NCBI GenBank assembly: GCA_964276515.1
Contig: OZ193910.1
Location: 4,278,001 to 4,342,000 of the forward strand
From: Gordius albopunctatus
Lineage: Eukaryota
Length of the DNA: 64,000 bases
Direction: 5' to 3'
Positions 37,903 to 50,500 of the stretch are shown piece by piece. Position 1 is the stretch's first letter; every line of letters starts with the position of its first letter. The position numbers and the translations under genes were made by a program. The notes below the pieces were generated by a model. The model worked only from the letters and a program-made list of their open reading frames with translations. It ran no database searches and was not told where the DNA came from.

Positions 37903-38560
37903 CATGAGTTTTGACGTTTATCTCGTCTTTTTTTACTAGCAGGGGATTTGGTGGGGATTGGGAAAAAGCATTGTTACTTTTGACGATCCCATTTTTATAT
38001 CAGAGCGTTTTCAAATTTGAACGTCAATTATCCCATATTTGAATTAGATTAGAGATAGATAACTAATACATTTAAATTGATATAATTATATTCATCTTAA
38101 TAACATTTTGTAAGGTAGATGCTAATTGTGTTGTATTAAATATTAAGTTAAATAGAATAATATTATTTTTTACCCTCTTTTTTACCAGGAGGTAGGGGCC
38201 TTATTTTTTACCCTGCACGAAATAATGAGTTTTGACGTTATATCACGTGTTTTTCACTAGCAAAGAAAGCATTGTTACTTTTGACAATCCCATTACCATA
38301 GCGTTTAAAATTTGAACTTCATTTATCCCAAATTTGAATTAGAGATAATTAATACATTAAACAAGAATTTCAGAAAAGTATTATATAAATTTTTATATAT
38401 AATATATTTATATTATTAACAAACAAATACATTAAACAAGACAATTAAAAATTAACATTTTGTAAAAGATAGATTCTGTAAGTTAGATGCTAATTGTTTT
38501 GTATTAAACATCAAGTTTAAATTTGATATCAAATTTATTTTCATGCTAATTGTGAACATT
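37903..38560. repeat. Diverged tandem duplication (two units of about 300 bp)
   Basis: atgagttttgacgtt..ctagca..aaagcattgttactttt..atccc..gatgctaattg occurs at about 37903-38150 and again at about 38225-38520. Confidence 0.65.
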
Positions 38561-40149
38561 AAGTTAAATAACATAATTTATTAATGTGAATCATTGATTT
38601 TATAAAATTTATATCAACGTAATAGGTTAGGGCCATTAATTTATAATATTATAACATATTTATTATTTTTCAGAAATATATAATCTAGCTCTAATAGTAA
38701 AAAATAAATTAATAAAAAATTTACTTAATGTCAAATTTAATATTCATTTCATAAATTAAACATGAAAATAACATAATATTATTGATGATTGACGTTTTTA
38801 TCCGCCAATAAGAACTATTTCAACAATTTTAATAAAAATAATAAATGACGCTTGATTGACATGTTTGACGTTCGATATTTTACAACGTTCGATGAATCCA
38901 ATATTACACCTGACCTTTTCCAATCGTCTAAACGATGACATCCCTTTAGCCACGATACCAATTCCCTCTCGTTTCCTAGAAGTTGCCTCCTATTTCGCCA
39001 CTTTTTTCTCCATCAAGCTTCACAAAATGACCCGACGCTACAATGGATATAAATGATGTATAAAATGCTATCAATCTAAGGTCCTGCCAATGGAAGCCAA
39101 AACATATGTGCGGACCTTACATATTCAGTGCATCCTCTATAGATATATGTAGCGGGCCGTTTTTAGGAAGTCGGTCACTTTTGAAAGCCTTTAGGCCTCA
39201 GGCCCGCTAGTATCAGTTAGAATTTCAAGCTCGCCCAAATGCGTTAGTATTTAATTTCAATTCAATGCTCTTAAAGCCAGGTCCTCTTCTAAGGATTGGC
39301 CCGTAGACCCGGCCCTAAAAAATCGAATGTTTAGGCCACATTTATTTATATTAATTGCTATGCAATTTATGGGCTCGTTTTTTGTTGTCCGTCCGATGTC
39401 TGATATCTACCAAGTTATTTACACCAGCTTCCTGACCTGGGGGTTCGAGTTTTTTTTTAAATTAAATTAATATTTTGTTCTTGTAAATACCATGGATAAT
39501 ATGACTTTTTGGCCGTCCGCTGGCTGCTGACCAATGAAAAAATGACCATTGGCCAAATAAATCGAAATTATTTTTCGTTTTTGAATTGGTACATTAGGTT
39601 GACATTGATAATTACCATATGGCCTCCCCTACAAGGGCTTATAAATAATTAACTAATTATTTTGCATTTAATACCCCCCCCCCCTATAGGCATTCTCGCC
39701 CCTTCCCACCTTTCTCGCCCATAAATTGCATAGCAAATATGCTACTTTTATACGGATTATAGATGAGTTTCGTTCCCCCTTCCCTTCCCCTCCCCTCCTC
39801 CCCCTCCTAGATATACAACATTAAAAACTGAGATATTATGAGGGGTCGTCAAAAAGCATTGCCCACAAACCTTACTTTGGTCAATAAGCTATCAGTGTAC
39901 TCAAATAATTCATAAAAACTTAAAGCAACCGGTATAAGCATGGACGTAGCCAAGTCCTCAAACATTAAGGTCTGTTTTTCTCCCCTGCTTAAATTTCACA
40001 GCAAATGAAATGTTTTTCAACGAAATGTAGAAGAGCTTAGGTTAAAGGATCAACAAAAAACAACACGGGGCTCGGGGGCGCTACCTAACACCAAAGAACA
40101 GAGGACAATAAACTTGTTAGGAGTTAGGGGCGGAGCACTTCTTAGAGGT

Positions 40150-40490
40150 CCGAAGAACTGAGATATTTTCCGCAGAACATGCTTACATTTATCAGACTAC
40201 ACTATCTACACGCATGACGGTCTAGAAAATACTATAAGTGAAGTGATACACTTTTTGTAAAGAACTGTATATTCAAATAACACGATAGATACGCAGTATA
40301 TGTCATGAGGTGGCGTTTGAGTGACATTTTAGTAAACGTCAAAACGTATAAAACTAAATAACATGACCGTCTTGTGACTTAGAAATTTGGAATATAGTTA
40401 AAAACCTAGCCTCAGACCTACCAATCATTCGCAGAAATTTCCATCTAAATCGGTCCAGCCGTTTCGGAGAAGTTTAACCACACACACCGT
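40150..40490 (-). mobile_element. Fragment related to the Helitron at 55714-56760
   Basis: Reverse complement matches about 55800-55920 (gttttatacgttttgacgttt..aaaatgtca..cctcatgac..gataaatgta..gcatg..ctgcggaaaat). Confidence 0.6.
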
Positions 40491-41377
40491 TTGACTGTTA
40501 TAAAAAAACTTTTTGAAGGTTATCATTTATAAAATAAAATGATAATAAGCGTTTAAGATCTTTGTGTAATAGATATCCACGTGTCGATCTTTGAGCATCT
40601 TGCCCTTTCTAGGTGTAATTTTTATTAGTGGAATTTGACAAAAGTCAATTAAGATGAAATAAACTCCTGAAATACTATGTTTAATTAGTTTGAATTTTAT
40701 CCATAAAATTTGAATGCATTATAAATTATATTCAAATGTTATCAGAGAGGCTACTTTAATAAGTTATGTAAAAAAACTATGAGCAAATTGTTTAAAATTA
40801 TTAAAGCATAAAATCCAATATGAATGAATGTGTCAGGAAGGAATATTCCTAAATAAGTGCATTTTGCCATTGTCATATAGGGATTAAGACCATCTAATTT
40901 AAATTTTTTAAATACTAAGAATGCATTTCTTAAAGATTAAAAATTAACCTTTTAATTTTAGGCCCGTTATGAAATTTGTTTAACCGGCCCCAGCCTACTA
41001 TAAAGGTCGTTCGGTCCACCCGAGACAGGCCCGTAAATTTTTTCCTTTTTAAACCCGTCCGTATCCGCGCGCCAGCTGGATTTTTAAGCTCGTCAGTGGG
41101 CAGGCCCTTCCCGTGCAGATTTCCATTGCTCTATAGAACAATTAATAAAATTTGTATATAAGCAATACATTTTTTATTGCTTGTTTTTTGACATCTTTGC
41201 CTTGCATGTTTGTCAATTTAAATTAAAATTTTTTTTAGTTGCGCCCATATCTTTGCAACAGATTCACTTAAAAAATTAGTAGCTGGGTATAAAAGTTTAC
41301 TTTAGAACAAATTTTTTATGTGAGATAATCAAACGGTGCGACGTTGGGTCATCAATTAAAAATATTCAGTCAGATAA

Positions 41378-42600
41378 ATCGCGGCAGATATCCTCTTCCT
41401 CGCACTAACACGTGATGTCCCGACCAACACGCTGCTTGAGGCGCTCGGCATTCTTAATTACTTCTTTTACAATTTAACAGGCATGTCCAAGTTGTTTTCC
41501 AGCTTCTATAGCCTCACAAGAAGCGACCCCCGTGGTTCGATAGGAACTTAGCAGCTAATAAACTCATGGCGATTCTAAAGCTAACACACGAGACCATACC
41601 GCTCTGGGTTAAACCATCCAACATCGTATACGTTGACGCCTCGGGAACACACATAGGGATAATGGATAGCTACGGGTCGCACTCAAACAGCTTCGTAAAT
41701 GCGGCGGCGTCCTTCGGATGGCGATGGAGAGAACCGTATCACATCACCCTATCCGAGACAGTAGCGGTTCTGTATGGCTAAGTTCACTCCTTCCTCAGTG
41801 GCCACAATCACCCTAAACTAATAACCGACTCAGCTACGGCATACTACGTCCTCAAAAAAGGGGGATCAAACTCTCCTATCATCGAGGAAGTAATAGCAAC
41901 GTTCGTTAAAACGTACGGCGTCAAGCACCTGCTCAACATACACTTTAACCTATCATGGATACCGACACACCTCAACCCGGCCGACAAACCATCCCGACAA
42001 TGGGCACCTGACACACCGGATAGCGAACTATCAAACACGGATATTGACTACGTCTTTCAACACGGACTCCCGAATGACGATGACATAGACCTGGCTTTTT
42101 GGGAAAACGAAATACCGGTCGAAATAGTCGATCTAGAACCATAACAAACCCTATGCATCCAATGTATAAATACACCCGTCTGCCCTCCGGGTATCACTTG
42201 TCTTTTTTCCTACGTGACACCCTCCTCACCGTTTTCGCCCAACTTGTCCCCAAGCCTTATTCCCTAAATTTCGTTTTTACCACACACTTACGCGCATTTA
42301 TTCATTTATACGCGATCTCCCTTTACACACGCTTATAATTTTTATATTTTATTGTGCTGCTTCGATACGCGTGAATAAACGCCTCTAGCGAAAGTTTCTT
42401 ACGAAACCGTACCTAGAGGAATCCAGGATCGGGCCTAACCCGTTTTCATAAAATGAGAACAACCCGGGTATGTATGGGACCGTGGGAAGCTGACTGGGCG
42501 TCATCTGCTACCTTCCCTTATATCTCGACTTATTCACCGCAAGTTGGACTGTCAGGAGCTGAGTATGGTGTCACCTAAGAAATTTGGCTTAGTAAGGTAT
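41378..42600 (+). mobile_element. 3' half (RT thumb + RNase H) of a DIRS/hepadna-like retroelement, decayed
   Basis: LLEALGILNYFF, then after a frameshift IVYVDASGTHIGI and HITLSETVAVL, an internal stop at 41779, LITDSATAYYVLKKG and WIPTHLNPADKPSR. The ORF ends at 42144; the right boundary is approximate. Confidence 0.8.
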
Positions 42601-42704
42601 GGCGTCTTCTCAAAAAAGTTTGGTATTTTTATGGTTTCTACCTGAAATCAACGGTAGGCAAATCTGAATGATGCGTAAAATTATGTATTATAAATTTGTA
42701 TATT

Positions 42705-43008
42705 CCCAGGTAGTGTTGTTAAAATACTTTTATGAGCATGGCCCACTAAATGTTTTGCTCAAGCACGCACAGAGTTGTTTAAAAAGCGCGTGTAGCTTAA
42801 TCTGTGAGTGCTACCTAATCGGTGCACGAAGCCGTATTATAGCATATAATAATTCCCGAGAGGCGGAGTCGAAGCATCAAAATCTGTTCAAGCAATGACC
42901 CGAGCAAATACTTGAGCAGATGGCAAGCAGATTTAATAGAAGCAATTGCCACGAGTTGATAACTTAAAAAATCTGCTCATATTATATCATAATTAAATTA
43001 AGAATTTG
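42705..43008 (+). repeat. Second copy of the 31335-31730 repeat, followed by a C/G-run palindrome (to about 43152)
   Basis: Visual alignment to 31335-31730. Confidence 0.7.
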
Positions 43009-43152
43009 TCCTCCTGTCTTTTTGTCCTTCCTTGTCGTCTTTTTGCCCCCTTCCCCCACCCCTTTAGGAAGAACAAAGGGGGGGGGGAAGATTTGCTCCC
43101 CCCTGCTTCTTTGTCCCCTTTTACCCACCACCCCTCAAGAGGGGGGGGGGCA

Positions 43153-43400
43153 ATTACTTCGAAAGGGATAGTGAAAGTTTTGATCCAAAGCTTGACATTA
43201 TGCGAGACATCGATTCCTTGATGACAACATGAATAAATGTTATAAATTAGGGGACTCAAAAATTGCTAAGAAAAATAAAATGTAATTTAATGTCTTGAAC
43301 TATAAAACAATTTAACTAAAATAAAATGCCATATCTGTTACACTTCACAATCCAGTAACTTTTGGGATGTGTTTATAGCACAAGACGATAAAATTTACTT
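43153..43400 (+). pseudogene. Diverged fragment of the 3' end and 3' flank of the BTB gene
   Basis: atagtgaaagttt.gat.caaagcttga.att.tgcgagacatcgattcctt matches 28005-28057. Similarity continues through ttataaatt.gggg and ctgttaca..tcacaa.ccagtaa. Confidence 0.7.
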
Positions 43401-44573
43401 CGTAACGCTGGTTCAATTGCCGAATATTTATTTTAAACACAAATAGTTTTATTCTAATTTCCTCTTAAATATGCCTTAGCAAAGTTGATCAAGTATAAAA
43501 TTTATTATATTGTTTAAATGACCATAAGTATTAAATTAAAATTGTTTAAAATATGATAAACTAGGAACCTTATATAAAATCAACACTTAAGCAGTATTCA
43601 ATTGATTTTATATTTCAAATATTTATAAAGGCCAAATTAGTAGTTTTATCATTTACAAACAATGCGAACAGCATACAAAACATTGATTAAATAATAATCA
43701 TCATTTATATATATTGTGCGCCACGAGGTATATTTTACAAAAAGTAGCTATAATTATATGTATAAATTAGTTTGGAGTAATAATATATATGACATTAGCT
43801 AAAAAGATGGATATAAATGACGAGGGAATTCAAGGGGGAGGGGGATGTCGCATATTGCAATGATTAAGGTGAGGATAGATTGAGACATGCTTTGTCTAAT
43901 TCAAATCCGAAAATAGTAATATGAAGGCTCTTCCCGACATTTTAGAGGAATCTTAAATCTTTGGAGTAAAGTTCAAATATGATTTTAAAATTTATAAAGA
44001 TATGCCATTAAAATGAGAAGAAGAGTTAAATTGTGAGATTCAAGAGTAGACAATCAGTGCATACAAATAACGAATTTTTACGATATGTAATAGGAATTTA
44101 AAATTTTCACTCTTCATCCCGTCATAGATTTGCAAACGTTGAAACTGTCCATAATTAGCTAAAATTCTCAAAATATCTCTGTTTTTTCCCTACCAAATAC
44201 TGCCATGTACTTCCATCGATGATTTCAAGCCTTAGAAGCGACGGCGATTTGCAAAGGGCGTTTGTAATTAAAATCGTGTATTAATTTCGCGATCATACCC
44301 ATTTTTACCGGTAATAAGGCTAGCATCTTTGATGTATCATACATGTAATATTCCATTAAGAATTTCGCAATGGGCCGATGGTGATAAACGTATTGTATAT
44401 GAGTGTCAGCGATCTTAAATATACATTTGGTTGACATTTTTATACGAACGCGACACTTTCACGGGTGACAATGACATTTATAACTACACAAAAGCTTTTT
44501 ATTCCTTATGTAATGTAACCGAATTGAGTTATGCATTCCATGCGGAAAGTTTAGCAAATTAAAGGATTTCTTG

Positions 44574-47500
44574 CTAAAGTTTCATCGGTGGCCAATAGTC
44601 TATATAGTAGCGCTGTACCGTGCCTTCGAACAAGCGATCTAACCAGTCGGGAAAAGCGTTTAATAAATCTTCTACAAACAGCGGATTCACCAAATTTCGG
44701 GGAGTAGAAGTATCGTCAAACGGACCACCATCAGCAATATCGGTGGTAGAGTCATCGGGGTTGGGATCTTTTTGAGAGCGCCTTAATCTTAATATGGTTA
44801 TAAAAATTAACTGTGAACAATTTTGTGAAGAGTGTAAGGGCTTGTCTTAATATCGGATTTTGTTGCGCAGCAAAAATCGTAGTACGGGTTTTAAAATAGC
44901 CCCGCGTCTTAACTTGGAATTCAGGGCAGATTTGCATTTTAGACGGATAACATAACAGCGATTTTGTAAGATGCAAATCTTTCCCTAAGCTTAAATGTTG
45001 TATGTTGTTAAATTCGTAGGTATCAACAAAGTTTAGATTTAATACCAAGAGTTGAAATAAATAATAAAAAAAAAAGTTTTTAACTATCAAAAAACAAAAT
45101 ATTAATGATTACAACCGAGTTTGACTCATGAAAATGAATCGGATATTTAGACAAACATAAATTCGTGCGATTTGAATCTGAATCCGATATTAAGACAATC
45201 CCTAAGGGTGGTCCAAAATAATAAATAATCATGTTTCGAAATAATTCAAATCTGTATCAGTTTTTACATATAGCTTTTAATAGTCACATCCACGTGATAA
45301 GAAATTTTTTATTTGATTCTATGGCATGGTAAATTATTACACAATTTAACGACGGTTTATAAGTTTCAGTGGAATTAATATATCAGTAAATACTGAACCG
45401 AATGTTTTTTTTAAATAAATTCAAAATTTCATATTCGAACAAGCTTCTAAGGTTATTAACTGATTTTAAATGCTTAATATGGCATCGTTTAAATAATTTT
45501 TAGATTTATTAAAATTAATAATTTAGGCATATTCAGACAAAGCTATGAAGAAAACAAATAACACCTTGGTCGTTTATTCTTTTAAAACTCTTACTAATTA
45601 CATAATTAATTGTATAAATGATTTCGAAATACAAGGCCCTCTTGGAGTCTAGTATTTTTATCCCAATAGTTTCCTCCTGTTCAGGATCCTATGGAAAAAT
45701 GGCGTTGGCTTTATTCAAAAAAATAGGTAGGTGATCCCGTCCCTCTAAATATTCCTCCCGCATTTTTATTGAAACAATCAATAGGAATTTTAATCGCAAA
45801 ATTTAATTTCAAATCTCCTTGGATCCCTGGCCTCTGTAAAAATAGGAAGATGAAGACATATCCCTAATATAATGTTTTTTTAAATATTTTTATTCCAAAA
45901 TTGTTGTATTTTATATTATGCTCAGATGTATATGAATGAACCAACTTTTAACCTCAAAACAATTTAGGGGCTAACGTGAAAATGTCCGGTCCTATTCAGT
46001 CCAATGGTAAAAATCTTTAAAAAAATTAAAAGACCCTACCTAACACTCCCCTCAGACCCGTTAGAAGAGCCATCTAAGAGTGGTTCTCGGGCTGTTCCTC
46101 CGAGCGATATGCCGCTATCTCGGTCTTCACCTCTTTTAGGCACCAAGCCCGACCCTGATAAGAGCAGAGAAGAGTAGGAGGGAGGGGGCGGAGTAGTCCG
46201 ACCTTGGTCCTCCCCATCTTCCGAACCCGAATGAGATGGGTCGGGAGCGGGTTGAGAGGAGTGACGGGCGTGATAGATGCAGTAATACTTGCGATAACCA
46301 TTGACGGCCAACACGGTACCGACACAATTTTTGGGATTTATAACGAGTCGACGCCCGTTGCCTATCACCTGTGCTCAAATAAATAACAAGTATTCGCGTG
46401 CTAAAGTTGATGATTTCAAAATGGCGACTTATAATAACTAGTGAATGATAAAATTTTTAGTAGTGTGTGTGACATACGCCGAAATTAATTGTAGTAACGT
46501 AAAATTATAATACATTTATAAACACATGCACCATTTATCAATCTCCGATTATATGTAAATCACGATGAATATAAATTTCAATATACCTCGCTTACCAAGA
46601 GATACCATTTTCATTATCGATTTTGTTACTCTGCGTTACGGATTATTACGTTATGGTTTATCATTATTGAATTATTTTCGTATCGATAATTATGGTTTAA
46701 TTTGACGCGAAAAACATTGGCCCCCTTTTTTTGGGGGGAGGACCTAACAGCAAGAGTTCTTAATAAATAAAATTTTAAAATTGGAGAGTTATAAAACAAA
46801 ACGGATTTCCATAGTAGCTGGGACGGAGGGCGGGAATCTTAATTCGCTTTTTGTAAAAAAAAATTTCCTCGGAGATGTTTGAGATAATGATAATAACTTC
46901 AGTTTAAAAAACGGCAATCTAAAATTCTTTGTCCTATTATGAATGTTATAACCTCATTAATGAAATTACCTAATTTATTTCAAAATGGACAACCCAAATA
47001 TATAAATAGCGTCCGCAGTAATCGATTACCTGCAACAGTAGGCGACGGTACCATGTGATATATTTGTCTATCATGACGAACCCAAACATCAGACTCACAT
47101 TCCTATGCCAAACAAAATAATATAAAATATATCTCGAATCTTTATTAAAGTAATAATTGCAATTTTACCGAATAACAAATTTAATTTGTACATGGTTCCC
47201 CCAAAATGTTACTTAAATTAATATTAGAGTGATCAATAACCATAGAAGTTGTTGGCAAACTAACAAATACCAGGTTTTCCAGAAAAATGGCAACTTTTAC
47301 ATATAGCTTTTGATTATAGAAGGACAAAGCTCAAAACATAATTGACTTTTTTGGCTAGCGGGTCAATATTTAAAATAGATAAAATTGATAATCCTCCAGC
47401 ATCTAAAAAACTTCTTGAAAGAAATGCTGGCATCAATTATTTGTGAGTGATTTCATCTCCACTTCTTTTTAATTTGTTTCCCTGAAGAAAAACCCCTGCA

Positions 47501-50500
47501 AAAATATCGAATCCCTGTTCCTCCTACTCATTTAATCAACCCAACCTTAGCACTTCCTAATAACAAGTATAATTACAAATTTTAAGCAAACTCTACCATA
47601 ATTTTCCCCATTAATGCGAGAAACTTTGGGGAAAAACTTTACATGCAACCAAAAACAAAGTAGCGGATATAGCAAAGTTAGACCCACTTTCTGTAAGGGT
47701 GAACGATGCGAGAAAATTTATTCAGCAATTTATCCTTGGTTTCTTCGTTCAGAAGGATCAATATGGTACGGCAACCAGGCTTGAGTAACCTGATTAACGC
47801 GTTGTACGTCCCAGGCTTTAATTCGTGAAATATCATATCTTGATTTACAATCCTGAAGAATGCAAAAACTTTATATCAATTTTATTGTACAATTTATTAT
47901 AAAAGGTTTTAATGCCAAACTAAGTTAATTATTGCTTTAGAATTTAAAATTTTACAAACTGTTTATTATGATTCCAAACCTATTGGGTAGTTTAGTGGGG
48001 TAATCGCGGTTCTCTTGCGCAATCTTTTCTTCTTCCAACCGTCTATAACAAACCATAAAAAGCATATATATATATACATGGGCGTAATGGCGGGCAGGGA
48101 GGGGCGGCTGCCCCCCTCTAAATTATTTGTTGAAATTTATTAAAATTATGGCTAAAGTTTCAGTAAATGATCATTTTGCCTCTCCCTATCTAATTCAAAA
48201 CAATAAATTAGGCGCAAAATTAAATTAGAGAAAACGAATGGCTACAGATTTAAGTGGACGAAAATTGTATGATCCTAAAATTGTGAAAACTTTTTTGTTA
48301 CCATTTTTACATGTCATGTGCAAAACATCAAAACTATGCACAAAAACGAAGTTTATATTTAACAAATCTATAACGTGAAAGATTAAAGTCTGCTCAAAAA
48401 CATATGAATTACTGATTGATGATTTTTTTATTAAATGCCTCAGAGTTAAGAAAGATTGTCGAGCGCAAAAATTAAATTTACAAAAAGATGAACAAAATAT
48501 CTTAGTGATGATCTCGATATAACGAGACATTCGAAAACCATAATATAGTTAAATACATAGAAAATCATTAATTTAAAGGGAGACGTCGACCGTTCTTCAG
48601 GCCCTCCCCCCTGACGATACAAAAAGGAGCTAAGATAATATCGAGTTAAAGAGAAAATTTATAGACGAATTCGGGCTAAATTTAAGTTATTCTAAATAAC
48701 ATCGACTCTACCTTTTTAGAGTTTTAGAGCAAAGCATATTTAGAATTTTTATGGGTGGAAACGGCATCAATAAATATCATATAAATTGGTATATATTTGA
48801 CTTTTCATAACAACCTTAAGATGTGGTGCGTTCTCACACCAAAAAAGTGCGATCATTAATGAAATGCAAATTAAAAGGAGAGGGGAACCTACACTAAGTA
48901 AGCCATAAAGTATCCCCCGCCTAGGATGAATAGGAAGGAAAACAGGACGGACAAAACCGTGAAGGCGTCATTCCTATCCAAACCACCACCACTAACCCTC
49001 TGGGTCACGTATTCTTTGTAAGTTCCCAACCGATTTAGAGTTCTCTTCAATAGTCCCAATCCAAATTCATCCACTATTCCTCGGTAGGCTATCGCCACTT
49101 TGGGAAGCACAGAATCCAAGTTGATTTCTGTCGAAACGCATATTTTTGCGCGGAAAAACAAATAAGTTTTAAAGGTAATAGTTTGGGGAAATAATTATGG
49201 AAGCATTGAACAGAGGCGCTGGCAAGCATCCCAACATAATATGATTCGACTAATAAAAATTAGGTATATCATGATGATTATTATTAATGGGTCCCCAATC
49301 GAGATGCTTTTGCAATGCTGAGACTTGGAAATTAACTAAACATGCTTTTACGGGGTTTAAGTCGAATAATTTTTCGCCAAAAATGCATACGTCCTATTCG
49401 TAGAGATAAGTTTTCGGGTGATCAAGCAAGTTGTATGAACATTTCTTTGGCAAATGATTCAATTCTAAGGGTGCGAATAGAGAATAGTCCAGCTATGCCA
49501 AGGGTCCGTGCGAATAGGCTTACAAAGCCTCCCAAACGTGCACGTCGTATGTGGTAGTAATGTCGTAAACACGGTTGGGTTTTGCTTGATTGTTTATGTG
49601 CCACCCAAAAACCGTTGGTCTGTACTCGTCCAACACCAAAGGCCAACCAACCGAAATCTAGCACTCTTTACAACACTCCCCTTTAATGTCTGGCTGTATC
49701 GCAAGTTTGCAATTTTCCAGTGACAATCCCCATTACCAAAAATTACAATTTATTTTATTCTATATAAGACTTTGTTGGGCCTATTGCGTCTAGCATGTTT
49801 ACTTCATACCAAACTCGATAAAATTGGAAACTTTATATCTCTATTTTTACAAGCTAAAGGTATATTCTTAAAATTAATAAATGTGCTAATTTTTGTACCA
49901 ATTACAATATGTGTCTTTATTTTCAATCTTCACAATATAAACGAAATTTTACGCATTTATACAAGCATACTTATAGTTTCGCGATTTTCTTCGAGATGTG
50001 TCCTCAATTCGTAATGGTGAAGCCCGAGCGTTTCAGCGTTTTTTCGGAGCGGCGTTTGACGCACCTCAAAATTTTCGGGGTTCAAAATAACGTCTAGCGG
50101 CGATACAATGTTATGACACCAAGGCTCTGAGTCACCCGTGGGGCGCTCGTGTGCAGAACGCCAATGCAGAGCGTCGCTCACGTAACTATAGGCCCGTGAA
50201 TCTTGAAAAGCTATCGCGTGAAGCAATGACTCTTTGGGATGCGCCTAAATGCATTACAAAAACGAAAAATATGTTTATGTATTATAAATATGGACACCTA
50301 GCGATGTTGATTTAAAGTTAAATGATATCTATAAAAAAAGCTTCGGTTAAAATTTCATTGGCTAAAAGCATATCCAAGGTAAGGGGAGCAAAAAGGGTCA
50401 GTTGCTTCCACCCGTAAATCATAAAATGGAATATTTTGCAGTTTCGATAAAAAAAATATATTAAACCCCCTCTTGCCCCCATTTGAACATTAATGATAAA

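Noticed and set aside
42380..42620. Possible hammerhead ribozyme at the retroelement tail
   Set aside because: No CUGANGA...GAAA core found by eye; a covariance-model search would be needed.
47225..47485. Coding-looking CpG-poor stretch in a DNAJC16 intron
   Set aside because: Stops in the frames checked, no recognisable motif, and the flanking exons join without it.
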